This document shows positions 31,873 through 45,864 of a stretch of 64,000 nucleotides of DNA, in pieces. The notes under the pieces are model-generated. The model made no database searches and was not told the DNA's origin. It saw only the letters and a list, made by a program, of their open reading frames with translations. How positions within the stretch are numbered: position 1 is the first letter of the stretch; each line of letters starts with the position of its first letter. The stretch spans positions 1,674,001 through 1,738,000 of the forward strand of contig NEEC01000004.1 in NCBI GenBank assembly GCA_002189035.1. The letters run 5' to 3'. Both the position numbers and the translations under genes were made by a program. Origin of the DNA: Utricularia gibba (taxonomy: Eukaryota > Plantae > Magnoliophyta).

Positions 31873-33012
31873 AGATGAAAGATTCTCAGCTCCAGAGAAC
31901 GAGAAGCTTTTAGGTTTCGAAGAAATTCCTCATAGCGTCGAAGTTCGCAGAGGGCGGTAGTTATCTGGTGTGTCGCAGAGCATTGATTAAGGGAAAGCAG
32001 TGATTGCATTGGCTGTCATCCTGAAGGAGCAGAGGTGGACCCCGCAACACATTTGTTTTCGGTTTCCTTTTTGCTGCGGATCAGGGCATCATGATTTGGG
32101 CCTCAACATTGGGCTCCGAGGCCCAGTTCCCCGCTTGATTGCTCAGAAAATTCTAAAATACCTTTTCCATTTCTAGGGGTTACATACGATTCAACAAAAC
32201 AACGGCTTTTTTTAAAAAAAGATGTTATTCTTATAATTTAATTCATTTATCCGATTTAAATGAAAACAAACGCAAAAGACGTTAATCCATTCAAATACAA
32301 TTAACGTTATTTAGTATAAAAGCCCTAAATTGTTTACTCCACAAAAAAGAAATTAAATTCACAAAACAGAGTCAGTTTTTTACAGCCCCAAATGAGCTAC
32401 CAATTACGGCGGTCAAAAACCTTCGGATGCCCAAATCGCGCAACTAAGATTTCGAAAGAAGAGGATGGAATATGAGAAGCTCGGTAAGCGGATAGTCGAC
32501 TGGAGACGCGACAACCGACCAGTAAAAGCTTCCCAACGATTATTGATATCGCTACGGCCGAATCCGGCAATTCAAGAACAAGCGTATGAAATCGATTCGC
32601 ACTTGTCTTGGAGTACTCGTAGCCGATTAGGAATTTGGAAACCGAGAGTCGCACAACACCATCCCTCCCGTGAAGAGAGCGTCTCGAAACTGAGAGAAAA
32701 GGAGGAATTTTGAACCTGCGTCGGCGTTGTACTCCAAATGTAAAACCCTACTTGTAGTTTGTTGTTTGGTAACCACTCAAATGGGCTGGGCTGGAATGGG
32801 CCGGACCATTTTTTAATTAGCCGCCCCGGTGGTTATTTGAAATATGAGGTATTTTATATTAAAAAAAAGCTTAATTGTCGAAAAAATAATCAAGTGTAAA
32901 AGGAAGCACTTATGGTCACCAAACAGAGGGCAGTGGATTATTGCAATACAGTTCAAAAGTGCATAATCATACATGATAGAAAGGAACATGAGACAGCCAT
33001 GAAGGAACTCGT

Positions 33013-35436
33013 CTAGATCCTCCGCAACATAAGCGGCGCGCCGTACTGGGGCTGCATATTCAGGGACACCAGAGGGCCATGCCCGTAACTGGGGTGAAGT
33101 TCGAACTCGAATCTTCGAAGCAGCATTATAACAAACACCTTGGTCTCCCAAACCGCCAAGTTGGCGCCGATGCAGTTCCGAACACCCCATCCGAACGGGA
33201 TGAACGCCGAGTGGCCGTTCGCCGCCTTCAGCACTCCCTCGGCGAATCTCTCCGGCTTGAATTCCAGCACGTCGTCTCCCCAGATCCTACGGTTACGATG
33301 GAGGAGTATCACCGGAAGCATCACCATCACGCCCTTTGGCAACCGGAGGTCGCCGAGGGAGGTCTCCTCCTCCACCACGCGAGTCACCTCCACCGACGGC
33401 GGATACAATCGAAGGACCTCGTTCACAATCATGTTGAGCTGGATTGGATAAGACACAGGCCGATTATAAACCACCTAACATGCATGAGTTTGTCGGATTT
33501 CTTACAGTTTTCAGGTGGTTGAGATCGTCTGCAGTTATGTTGTCGTTTCCGGCTAGAACTTGGAGTATCTCCTCTCTCGCACGCGCTTGCCATTGCTGGT
33601 GGTGAGCGAGCATGATGATGGTCCAGGCGACGAGATTCGAAGTGGTCTCATACCCTGCGATGAAGAAGAGCTTGCACTGCTGAATCACCTCATGCACCGC
33701 CGCAGCTCGTTCCTTGGGATCCTTCATATCTACTTCATTCAACTCATCCAAAAACATGTCCAGCAAATCAGGCTCTCCATTAATCTGCCCACTCTTTCTC
33801 TTCTCCAGCCGCTCCTGCATCATGTTCGTGAACGTCGTAGTCAACTCCCTTTCGATCGCATTCGCCCGGAGATACTTCTTCGTCGGCAGGTATCTACAAC
33901 GCGCAAACAAGTTCAGTTTCTCGCCGGTTATTTACAATCCAATTCACAAAAAACAGAATTTTCCCTTACTGTTCCCCCGGAATGCTGAAGGGTTGCGCCT
34001 GATTAGCCAGAAGAGTGAGCTCGGATATGATCCTGAAAGCCCTTTTGATCCGCGGGTTGAAATCGGTGGAGAACAAGGTGCACGACACGACGGAGCCGGT
34101 GTAGTCCGGCAGGTAGGGGAACACGTCGATGGTCCCCTGGGACCCATCCGTGGGGACCACGTGGCTCCAATCATTCAGGATCTCCTCGCACTGTCTTTGC
34201 ATAGTGGCTACCATGTACTGATTTAGAACGCCCAAACAACACGTGAAAAACATTAAATTTAATGTGATTCGTAACAATGAGGCATATAAACATTTTACAT
34301 AACATTATTAAAAAAATAAATATGCAATATTCAGCATTTTCGTCACCACAAATAATTCAGAAATTGGAAGCCTTTTTCATTGGTGGCATGTGAAAGCGTC
34401 AGTTTCACTGGACAAAAGTACGATAAAACGTCTCACTCAATAACTCAAACCGACCCACCCATGAAATATTAATATATTACCATTTTTCAAGCACGTGTTA
34501 TTATATTTTTTATTTTATGAAAATTCACGTAAATAACATTAAAAAAAAAAAACTAATCCTCGCAAGCAATAGATTTTTGACATAGTTTTTAGTCATGAAC
34601 ATTGGGAATAGTCCATATTTCTATGAAAACGCTCCAAAACAAGCAACTTTTACTACAAAAAGAATGAATTTTTAAAAAAAAAAATGCAAAGATTGAATTC
34701 ATATTTTATATAAACTCAATTTTCAAAAAAATAATTTTTGAGAAGTAGAATTAGACATAATCTTTTTTTCCACAATACAAAATATATCTAGAAAATTAAG
34801 AGAAATGGAAATTTAAAAAAAGGAGAATTAGGAAAACGGAAAAATTGAAGAAATTAAACAAATGGAATATTGACCTTGAGCTTGTCGAGATGAAAAAGAG
34901 GGTTGAGCTTCTTGCGGTTTTTGCTCCACTTTTCGCCTTCAAACCTAATCAGGCCGCCGATGAGCCGCCGGAAAATGGGGTTGGAGATCTTGAACGACTT
35001 CTGGAAAGCCAAGTGCTTGTTCATCACCACCTTCATCACCTCCGCGTCCAGTACGAATACCAGCGGCCGCGGCCCGACCCACATGAACGATCTCTCCCCT
35101 GAGGCAACAGATCCTTGTTATAAACTGTTTTTTAATCAATCTTACTGCAGGGTTTCCTGCATCCGTACCATATGTACGTATAGTCTTAGAGATGAAGGGC
35201 ATGACTCTGGGCCCAATGTCGTCGTCGATCCCTATGGGTTTGGAGTAGGACTGGTCGTACATCTCGGCGGTCTCCTTGGCGTCTCCGACGAGGAAGCGGT
35301 AAGGGTTTCCCTTGAGGCCTTGCTGCCGGAGGATTCTCTCCAGTTTTCTGGGGCGGATCCAGACCCAGTTGAAGAATCTCCATGCGGAGACGAAGAGGAG
35401 TATGAGGAGAAGAGTGGACGCAGCGTAGGATAGCAT
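33013..35436 (-). CDS. CYP72A: Cytochrome P450 CYP72A (7-deoxyloganic acid hydroxylase / secologanin synthase-like)
   Basis: Five exons that join in frame. Motifs: WRFFNWVWIRPRKLERILRQQGLKGNPYRFLVGD, I-helix CKLFFIAGYETTS, EVLRLYPP, FKPERF, heme FGWGVRNCIG and QPQYGA. Confidence 0.93.
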
Positions 35437-38097
35437 TCTCTGCTTCCTTGCTCCTTCACTCTCCTCTACCTCTCACCCGCTGATGGCCTGAGCTGAAACA
35501 ATAAAAGCAACTCCCTTGTCTTTTCACTCTCTAGCTCCCACCATTGATGGTACCTTCCTTATCTCTACCCTTATCTTTAGGTTGCAAGCACTTCCATGAC
35601 AACAAAAACGTTTCCGACGAGAGGGATTGCGTGCCATGGGAGACGACATCAACATATTTTACAGTTTTAGTTATAAAACAAAACTTACAAAACAGTCTAC
35701 ATTGTGAAAATTTCAATTGACACACAATAGTGTTTAGCATAGAAACCAGAAATCCATAATACAATAGATTAAATGAGCATACGTGAAGTTCAAATATATA
35801 ATAAATGAAAATTATTATATAAAGAATTAGATACAATATATTATTAATAATTTATATTTTTATATATTTAATTATTTTATTTTCAAATCTAATTCTCATA
35901 TTGTTTAGTTGAATACACCTTACTTCTACTTCCTTTCTTTAATCATTGACCCCAATCACATGTCTCATGGGAATGATTTTTGTATAGGGCACCACGTGGT
36001 GGTGGTCATATGCTTCGCTCTTTTTGAGAAAAAGGTTGTCTTGGAAACACTTATGACTCGACGCATGTTGTCCTTGCTTCCCCATATCATGTAAGTTTTG
36101 GGATCGGCATTACTTCAATGAGAGACGCAATAAAGTTTGCCATTGTGTTCTAAAAACCTTAAGATTAGAAATAGAACAGTCCCAGAAAATCAAAATGAAA
36201 TTGTGGTTTAGAAAATGGTGGACAAGTATGCTGGAATAAACAGTTCATAGAGAGTTAGTTGTATGCATTATTTGGAAATCTGATACAATCTCTGAACATC
36301 TAATTCATTTGAAGTCTTTATGATTAGGAGTTTACTCAATGTAGCTGCTTCTTGGTTCTGTTTCACCTCTTCTTCACTTTCAATTTCGAGATTGAAATCA
36401 AGATTATTGCATCATAAGAAGACAAATGAATCAACTAAAAATTGAGTAAATTAAACACCACTTCTCCACAAAGTCGTCAATTTATAATTAAAAAATTTAA
36501 AATTCGTGTAGTAAATAAAATTTATAGATTCAATTCACATAGGAATAGTACTTTAAATGAAATGTATAGTGAAATCAAAATTGATCATCAAGAACTTACG
36601 TTTGAGGTATGCAAATAGTATGTTGAATCACAATTCATTTACATTCTAAATCTTAGCTACAACTAGCAGTATCTATAAGCATAAGTAATCAAAATAAACA
36701 TATGAAAAGCAATAATACAACGAAATTTTTCCTCAAAGTACATTGAACATATTGATCATCTATCTCAAATTCACACATATATTTGTAATATACCTTAACT
36801 TTAAAATTTATTTACAAATTAACTTTATATTACATCTAGTATTGTTAATGAACATATTATACTATATTTTTAAATTTAAATTGAAAGAAAAATAATTTAT
36901 GATTTTAATTAAAATATTTCACTCTTAAATTTCATAAAATATATATCTAAATATTTTTTTTTCGCAAATCGATTATTTAAAGTATATTTTACAAAGAAAT
37001 GTTAATTATGATGTTTTATAATATTGATAATTATGTAAAAAATATATGTGTTATTTATGGGATTACAGTGTTTTTTATAAAATATTTATTTTAAATGTAT
37101 AAAATGAAATATAAAAATCATAAATATTAAATGAGCAAATTGAAATCTTAAGTGATTGATTTTCTTCTTATCAAAAAGAAATTGATTTATATTTTTAATT
37201 TCTTTATAAATACATTCTACATAAAAAAACACGAATTCCGTCTTGAAATTAATAATAAAAAAATATTACTATTGTATATACTTTATAATACAAAAATAAC
37301 TACAATAGGTTGTGTTTTTGGATACGCCATAAATAAATAAAAAAAACTTTTTAGACGAATATTCTCAATCATATTTCATGAAACCAATCTAGAGAGTGCA
37401 TCTTTAAATTAATTCAATTGATATAAAATAAATGAAGTGAATTACATGCATCTCTAAAATAATAATTACTCATAACATCATCCACAATTCGACCAATTGT
37501 ATATCTTAATGAAGATTTTAGTCTCATCAGTAAAAAAAAAAAAAAAAAAAAAACACGCAATCTACATATAATTAGAAAAATGTGTATTTTCTCTCTTTTT
37601 TTTTTACTTGTTTATGAAAGTAAAAAAGAAATTTATAAAGTGGTAAAAAGGGATTTTTATATAAATATCTACATGCTAGGCACTTACTGATCATAGGATG
37701 TGTGTTTATTGATGGAATTAAATGTGTTTTAAAGTAGGATTATAAATTATATGATGTTTAGTTGGTAGATTTAAATAATCTAGAAATTATATGAATTTTT
37801 TTAATTCTATGTACATGAATTTATTTAAAATCACATTTTATTCTTATTTTAATTAAATAAATTAATCTCATTTTTAATCCCAATTAGCTAAAAAATAACT
37901 AAAAAATTAATTCGTATATCATCGTTATTTAAATACAGTTAAATTAAACTTATTTGATCTCATTCATATCAATAAAATACTACCTTAATTTGGAGAATAC
38001 GAATAAGACTTGGCAAGATCTGCGAAGATCGACGAACGTCCGCGGGGATGACGAAAAGGAACAAGTTTTTTAAGCTTAGGAAAAGGATGCGTGTAAT

Positions 38098-38116
38098 TGG
38101 GCCACTTTTGGGCCCA
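38098..38116. promoter_or_regulatory. Site II elements upstream of bystin
   Basis: TGGGCC at 38098-38103 and an overlapping TGGGCC/GGCCCA at 38109-38116. These motifs are typical of ribosome-biogenesis gene promoters. Confidence 0.5.
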
Positions 38117-38256
38117 TTTACATTATTGTAGGCATCCTCCTGGACATGGGTATGGGTCAGACCTCCATCCACCAGAATCCAACACCGAAGGAAACACGTT
38201 CATCACTCCGTCCGCAGGGTTCGTTCTAGGTTCCCTGCCGCCGCCGCAGCCCTGCT

Positions 38257-40541
38257 ATGCCGAAGAAGCGCGAGAGGATAACGAATCCAGAACCGTTCTT
38301 GCCTGTGGGTGCGGACGCCTTCTCTTCTAAGAAACGTGCCAAGGCGCCGAAGAAACACCAACTCCAGGAGAAGCTCGTACCGTCCGACGTTAGCTCGAAG
38401 ATTCTCAAGGAAGCGCTGCTTCAGCAGAAGGAAATACAGCGGGAGGAGAATGATGAAAACGTAATTTCTGAACAGAATCCACAGACTACAATCTTTTCCC
38501 AAATCCAAAACCTTAGAGAGAATGATGATGACGATGATGATTTGGATGAATTTGACGGGTTTTCGGAGACTCAGAGTCAGTTCGCGCAATGGAATTTTGA
38601 GGTTAATCCCCTTTTGAGTTGTGATTTCATGGCCGTTGAATGCTCAAATCTGACTCTCTGAGTCTATTACAATCTTCTTTGATATTTTCCTACCTTGTGA
38701 ATGCAATAGGAAGAGATTGATGAAAGAGAAGAAAAGCTGCTGGAAGCCTTTTTATCAAAAGAGGATCGCCCGCAGCGGACATTGGCCGATATCATTGTTA
38801 AAAGAATCAAAGAAAGGGACGCTCAAGTTTCTTCAGGTTTTTAGTTACTTCCTGCTGATGGTTGAATGATCATGATTCTCTGTGCTTTTATTGGAATTAA
38901 GATGCTTGGAATGAATAAGGCCGGGGTGTTTTTGTTGGCTAGCTATCTTATCTGATGACCAAATGATCGTGTGTAGGAGAGCAGCCAACACCTCAATTGG
39001 ACGATTCCATCATAGAGATTTTTAAAGGGTGTGTAATATTGTTGCTTTTTAGTTTATTTCCTAGCAACGGCTCTCAGTCATGTTCTTTTTTTTTTCATGC
39101 AGAGTTGGTAAGCTGCTCAGCAGTTACACTTCTGGAAAGATTCCGAAAGGTTTCAAGCGATTACCTTCTCTGCCAATGTGGGAGGAACTCTTACACTTGA
39201 CTGAGCCGGAGAAGTGGTCACCAAATGCTGTGTATCAAGCAACCAGAATTTTTGCTTCTAATATGGGCTCAAAGAAGGTGGAGCGATTCTATAAGTATGT
39301 TCTGCTTCCACGTGTGAGAGAAGATATCCGGAAGAACAAGAGGCTGCACTTTGCCTTGTACCAGTCCTTGAAAAAAGCTCTGTATAAGCCAGCTGCTTTT
39401 AACATGGGGATCTTAATTCCTCTATGTAAGGTATGAATAGCTCTGAATATGCAATGAACTATTAGGAATGGCAAGCCCGACATACTATTGCGTGTTACTT
39501 TGTTTTGATTTTTTGTTGATTTGTGCTTCACTTTTTTATTTTTCTTCCCCTCTTGTAGTCAAGAACTTGCACACTACGAGAAGCAGTCATTGTTGGTAGC
39601 ATCATCGAGAAGGTCTCCATTCCTCATCTTCACTCCAGGTGTGAGTGATGTCAGTCTCAAGTAAAATGTGGTAGATATGTAGTAATTATAGCGGATGTCT
39701 AAATTGTTTTTGCTAATTTTTCATTTCATTTGCACGTAGTGTTGCATTAATGAAGCTTGCAGAGATGGAGTATTGTGGCACTACGAGGTTTAACATCCTT
39801 CTGTGTTATCATACATTACATTTTACAGTATTCAGTCTTAGATGCTGTATCTTGTTTTCAGTTATTTCATAAAGTTGCTGATAGAGAAGAAATACGCATT
39901 GCCATATCGTGTGGTGGACGCTTTGGTTGCCCATTTTACGAGATTCTATGACTCCCAACTAATGCCTGTGATTTGGCACCAATCACTTCTTGCTTTTGTT
40001 CAGAGGTCTCAGTTCTTTTCTTTCCCCTAATTTCTGCTTACTGACGCCCACTGTGTGGCATGGATCGGAATTCAAGGGAGTGCCCTGCTCTGAATATTAC
40101 TAACTTCTTCAGGTACAAAAATGATATCACAAGGGAGGACAAGGCAAACCTCAAAACCCTTGTTGAAATACAACACCATAGACTAGTAAGTGTCTCGTTC
40201 GGAAATTATTCACCTTTATCTTAGAAACAGCAGTGAGTTCTCTCTCCAATACAATCATCAGTGAGTGCTATCTTCACATTATTTCAGGTGACACCCGAAA
40301 TACTGAGAGAACTGAACTGCGGACGTAACCGTGGCGAGGAGGGTGACCCTATGAAGATTTATATCCTTCATTTTTATTGCTCACTTTACTCTCTTCTTTT
40401 ATCGTGATGGTTAGGCAAGTGAGATAAGTGTTTCATAAACTTCATTTCCTTGACTCCATCGCACCGACACCGGTCTCAGTAATCAGTATCCCAATCCAAG
40501 AGGACAGGTTTGATATTCCGGATGTACCAATGGAGGACTAA
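38257..40541 (+). CDS. BYSL: Bystin (Enp1), 40S ribosome biogenesis factor
   Basis: SSKILKEALLQQKEI, QRTLADII, SGKIPKGFK, LTEPEKWSPNAVYQATRIFASN, LHFALYQSLKKALYKPAAF, LLIEKKYALPYRVVDALV, VIWHQSLLAFVQRYK and end DRFDIPDVPMED*. Confidence 0.95.
40361..40464 (+). other. U12-type (minor spliceosome) AT-AC intron in bystin
   Basis: 5' end ATATCCTT, branch point TCCTTGAC at 40447-40454 and 3' AC at 40463-40464. Removing it joins ..GDPMKI-S-TPVSVISIPIQEDRFDIPDVPMED* in frame. Confidence 0.9.
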
Positions 40542-40721
40542 GATATTGCTACAATTTTGTCTCGCTGGTTCTAAAGTTACCTTTTAAGCATTTCTTATGT
40601 TAACTTCGATGTTTCTTGACATTATCGAGGTGTATTTTATGGAATTGATTGAGCAGTACAGTGATCAGACTAGAGGCAACAAGGAAGCTTATGAGAATGT
40701 AACGAGGACAGTTGCATTTCA

Positions 40722-40889
40722 GTTTCCGGACAGTATTCTTATATTTCAGTCCTGATACGATGTTGCTGCTGACCCGAAAGCTAAACTGAAGGCAATATCG
40801 GCTTCCTTGTTTCGAAACATCCATGGCCAACAGAGTATATCCGCACTGCCAAGAATCTGTTCCCGCCATCTCCTCAACTTCTCATCATC
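40722..40889 (-). pseudogene. Rho GDP-dissociation inhibitor (RhoGDI) remnant
   Basis: After a TTTTCAG acceptor it reads DDEKLRRWREQILGSAD. In another frame it reads KQGSRYCLQFSFRVSSNIVSGLKYKNTV. Both are hallmark RhoGDI segments, with the intervening region deleted. Confidence 0.75.
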
Positions 40890-43508
40890 CTGAAAAAGAA
40901 AAATGTGGATAAAATGTTTTCAACATCAGGTTCATCACAATAATTAACTTTTAAATAATGAAGCAAAAAAAATCATGAGAACCCACATACATACATTTTT
41001 TTGAGTAAAAACCAAGCACAATAATCCATTCATCCAATGAAAAATCATTCTCATTTCTCATTAATCTAAAAGTCAGAGTAGTAGATGAAAGTACATTTTG
41101 TGTATTGAGAGAAATTCATATAGTGACATCCCTCTCACTCATCACTCTTCAAAATTACTTTTAACAAAATTGAAAATTATGATAAAATAAAAATTGATAT
41201 ATACTTCAAAATGTTTTTTAAAAATATTTATTAATAATAACGCTTTAAATATATGTTTATTCGTGTTCACCTTCAATTCCATTAACATTTTTATTTGAAT
41301 TTGTTTTTATGTAAATTAAATATTTAACTTTTATTTGATACGAAAATTTTTAATTTTTACAATGGTGTAAAATTTTTGTGTATAAATCGGGCCTTTCACA
41401 CTGGTATTGTGCTGGGTTATGACCAAGTTTACTAAACATCATGCTACAACCACTTCTAGTGATGACATGCAATCAAGTCTTGTGTTGGGTAATGCTCTGG
41501 TATCTAACTACCAATTTTTTTATTGGTTGGTGTTAAGGGTGAAAATCGATTTACACCCCATTAGTTGGGTTCAACATGGTTCCATGACTTCTGGTATTTG
41601 AAATTGCACTTTTTTTAAAGCATTTTCTTTATTAAATAACACCCAATCCTTTCTCCTAATCCAGGATACAAAAAATGAAGAAGAACTGATTCTTATTACT
41701 TCGGAAGGATGACAGAATTTAGTAAAAAAATGAACAATCTCATTTAAATATATGAAAAAATTGATCATGGTATATATAAAAAATTAATCATCATAATAAC
41801 TAATTTTCTAAATCACCGAAAGATGACAGAGGGGTTGTCACAAAAATCCAAGGGCAAAAAGTGGTTGAGACACATGTATCGTTACTCCCAAATCTGGGGT
41901 GGGGTGACTCCATTACGAACCGAAGCTTCCATATTTTGATTTATAATTAATTTTCCAAATCCTTTTTTATCCACGTCACCATATCTTCACACACTAAAAT
42001 CTAATGCATAATTATTGGTGGAACATGTGTCCATGTGCAGGTACAGTATGTGATCCTGTACGTGAGTCCACACGCTAGTTAAGATATGATCCTCCCTCCC
42101 TCCCTCCTCATTGCGTGTTAATCCCTCTTAATAGTGACGATGATGTCAATGGTGTTTACTCAACCGGTGGTTGGCAGACTCATCCAACTGGGAGCTCAAA
42201 TATCTGAAATATATTTCTTAAAATTAATAAAAAAATTGAACCACTTGTATTTTTTTATTTCCAAAAAAACAAAATGCCCGGATCAAATCTACTTGGAAAT
42301 CTAATCTAATGGTGTAGTTTGTAATACTTATTTTATAACTTCTACATAGCTCATAATTATAAGTTATTAGATAACTAGTCTGAGATACTAATAATTTAAG
42401 TAAAAGTTATTTTTAAGTAATTATATTGAACCACGTATAAGAACATTGTGATAAAAAAATATTTGAAACAAACAATGACACGGTAAGAGATCTCCATGAA
42501 AGCCATCAACTTTTCCAATCAAGCTAACAAGTTACTTCCTGAAATCTTAACAATACAAATGACTTAAAAGAAATGACAAAGGACCAACATAAATTCATAC
42601 AAATCCCTCTACATAAATAGACATAACTTAGATACAAATCCATAGAAATTATGGAAGATTTGTGTTCTTATTCAAAATAATAACACGATGCGTTCTATCG
42701 TGAGAATGAATGCAATGAAGAGCGTTTGGCATAAGAGAGTCATTAAATGGAAATTTTAGGATAAGTAGCTAACTTATTTTGATAAATGACAAGTTTACTA
42801 CTCATTGAATAAGTAGGTTTTTAGGTTGATTTGTAGTTCAAATAAAATAAGTATTAAAATAAATAGAATTAAAAATAAAAAGTTGAAAATTATTAAAATT
42901 TGAGTTAGTATGTAACTTCAACTTTTGATTTAAGTCATACGTTAAAAAATAAGTCATAAAGAATACACCCTAATTTTTTAAAACCCATTTTAATATGGTC
43001 ACACAAATCAGAAACAGGTAAAAGATGCATGTTTTTTTTCCTCTAAAAACAATTTATTTACAATATGAATAATACAAATCTTAAAAAATGGGGCCCACGA
43101 CATTATTAATGTTGTAAGAGGGTCTCTAGAAACCACGAATTTGGCTTGTTGGGGTCCCGGCGATCGATAGACACATGGAATGAATCTCTGTCCACAAAAA
43201 TTATTGCATTTTTTATGTTATTTAAATGATCCTTGAGTGTGCAGTTTCGCAATTCTACTACAAATTATCAAGAAAAGATTGAATTCTATTTGGAGAGATG
43301 GTTTAGGTTAGGAGTTTAATGTGCGTAAATCCAAGATTAAGTGCCGAGAAGATGCTTTTTTGTATTACAAGGGACCGACAGAAGGTTATTATATGGGGTG
43401 CTTAATCCCAAATTGCACGAGATTAGTTGTCCTAAACAAATTCCTTGCCATTCTTTATAAATTACACCTTTCCGGAGACAAAAAGCATTGCAATCCTGAA
43501 GCTATGAA

Positions 43509-45864
43509 ATGAAGCCGGACGATGATTTCCTCGCCGGCGATTTGGAAACGCCGCTGGTATCTACGGCGGACCATGTAGTTCAGAGGGGGCGTGGGCGCAG
43601 GATTATAATTCGGTAATAAGGTCCCTTTTCACCTTGAAGAACTTGTACGTAATCCTCGGCCCTATTCTATGCGCGGCGGTGTGCCTCCTGGTCAAACTCG
43701 ATGGCGGGAGCACCGGAGAAGCAAGCCGGAACATGTTGGGGATCCTAGCGTGGATCTTCACGTGGTGGTTGACGGAATCCGTGCCGGTGCCGATAACCTC
43801 CCTGGCGCCGCTCTTCCTTTTCCCGCTCTTCGGAATCTCCGACGCCGACACGGTGGCGCACTCGTACTTTGACGACGTGATTACCCTCGTTATCGGAAGC
43901 TTTATTCTTGCCCTCGCCGTGGAACATTACAACCTCCACCGGCGGTTGGCTCTCACGGTAACCCCGAAATCAAGCTACGTTTCTCATAAAAATCGTTGAG
44001 TTCTAATCTTTCGAAATTGGGGGGGAAAAATCTGCAGATTACTTTGCTATTCTGTGGGAACCCGTTAAATCAGCAGATTCTCCTGCTCGGAATCTGCGGC
44101 ACGACGGCGTTCGTGAGCATGTGGATGCACAACGTCGCCGCGGCGATGATGATGGTACCAGTGGCTACCGGAGTTCTGCAACGCCTGCCCTCCGGGCCGG
44201 AGAGGCCAGCCGCGGCCACCAACTTCTGCAAAGCAGTTGTGCTCGGCGTCATCTACTCAGCGGCGATCGGCGGAATGACCACATTGACAGGGACAGGTGT
44301 CAACCTCATCCTCGTTGGCATGTGGAAAACCTACTTCCCGGATCACAATCCGATCACCTTCAGTACGTGGATCCTATTCGGGCTTCCACTTGGCATCCTC
44401 CTATTCGTCTCCTTGTGGGCCATACTCTGCCTTGTCTATTGCCGAGGTGGATCCAGTCAGGCCCTCTCACCCTACTTGGACAAAGCCCATTTAAGGAAGG
44501 AGCTGGAGACGCTTGGTGGGTTTCCCTCCACCCAATTAAATTCACTCATTTTCAATTATAATATTTTCAAATTTATTTCTATTTTTCAGGCCCAATATCA
44601 TTTCCAGAGAAGGCAATCCTAGGACTGTTTTTGGTAAATATTTACTTCAAAATAGGATTTTTTATGATATTTATTATTATTATATTATAAGCAATGATTG
44701 CATAGTATTTGGTATGATAAATTATTAATATCATGGGATTAAAATTGAAAACTTGTTTGATAATACTATATCTGATAGAATTATTTAAAATAAATAATTT
44801 ATAGTAATTAATATTAAAAGACAACTTTATCCTTTATTCTTATTTAAATACCTAGTTCGTAATATTTTACAATTGTTTTGTAAAACAAACATGTAGTGGA
44901 AAACTAAGTTTATAAAACGCGTATTATTATTATTATTATTATTAAATGAATGTATAAATATTTAAATTTATCTATTAAATATCATTTATTTACTTTGTTT
45001 ATTTGTCCATGCAGTTGCAGATAGTGTTGTGGATGACGAGGAACATTACGGAAGATATTCCAGGTTGGGGAGCTTTGTTTAATGGCAGAGCAGGCGACGG
45101 CACAGTAAGCGTAAGCATCCATCTCTCAGCTCCAAAAAGGACATTCAAATTGTTTGAAATTGGTTTCTTGTCAGCTTGAATTTTAACACGAAGCAATGTT
45201 GGTCAAGAATGCAACGAGGTTGATGTCTTAAGTTGGTTGATTCTGCACAGGTGTTGGTCGCGACGCTGCTGTTTATCATTCCCAACAAGCAGGAGCCTGG
45301 GCAGAAGGTGATGGACTGGAACAAATGCAAGAAGCTTCACTGGAACATCATCCTCCTCCTCGGCGCTGGATTCGCCATTGCAGACGGTGTTCGTACCAGC
45401 GGCCTCGCCTCCGTCCTGTCGCAGGCGCTGGATTTCCTAGAGACGGCGCCGTACTGGGCCATTGCGCCGGCGGTGGGCCTGGTGAGCGGCACCATCACGG
45501 AGTTCACCTCCAACAATGCGGCGGCTACTCTGTTGATCCCCCTTCTGATCCAGCTGGCGGTGCCGATGCAAGTCCACCCCGCCATCCTCGTCATCCCAGC
45601 CACCATCGGCGCTCAATTCGCCTTCCTTTTGCCTACGGGGACGCCGTCCAACGTCGTCGGATTCACCACCGGTCATCTAGAGATCAAGGACATGCTCCTT
45701 GTAGGGTCTTTGCTCAAGATCGTCGGGCTCATCTTCTTGTCACTTCTCATGCCCACTCTAGGTATCTTTCTACACCTCTCCCCCGCCACTTACTGGTTTT
45801 CCTCTTCTTTATTTGACTCGTGCCAAATTCTGTATCAGGAGCATATGTCTTTGTGCCAAGGTGA
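43509..45864 (+). CDS. TDT: Tonoplast dicarboxylate transporter (SLC13/DASS), copy 1; apparent 1-nt deletion near the start
   Basis: Six exons: [86 protein letters not shown] and [11 protein letters not shown]. The frame slips at the G runs 43585-43595. Confidence 0.9.

Noticed and set aside
37532-37553. A22 tract as a SINE or retrocopy tail
   Set aside because: No Pol III A/B boxes or target-site duplication are discernible upstream.
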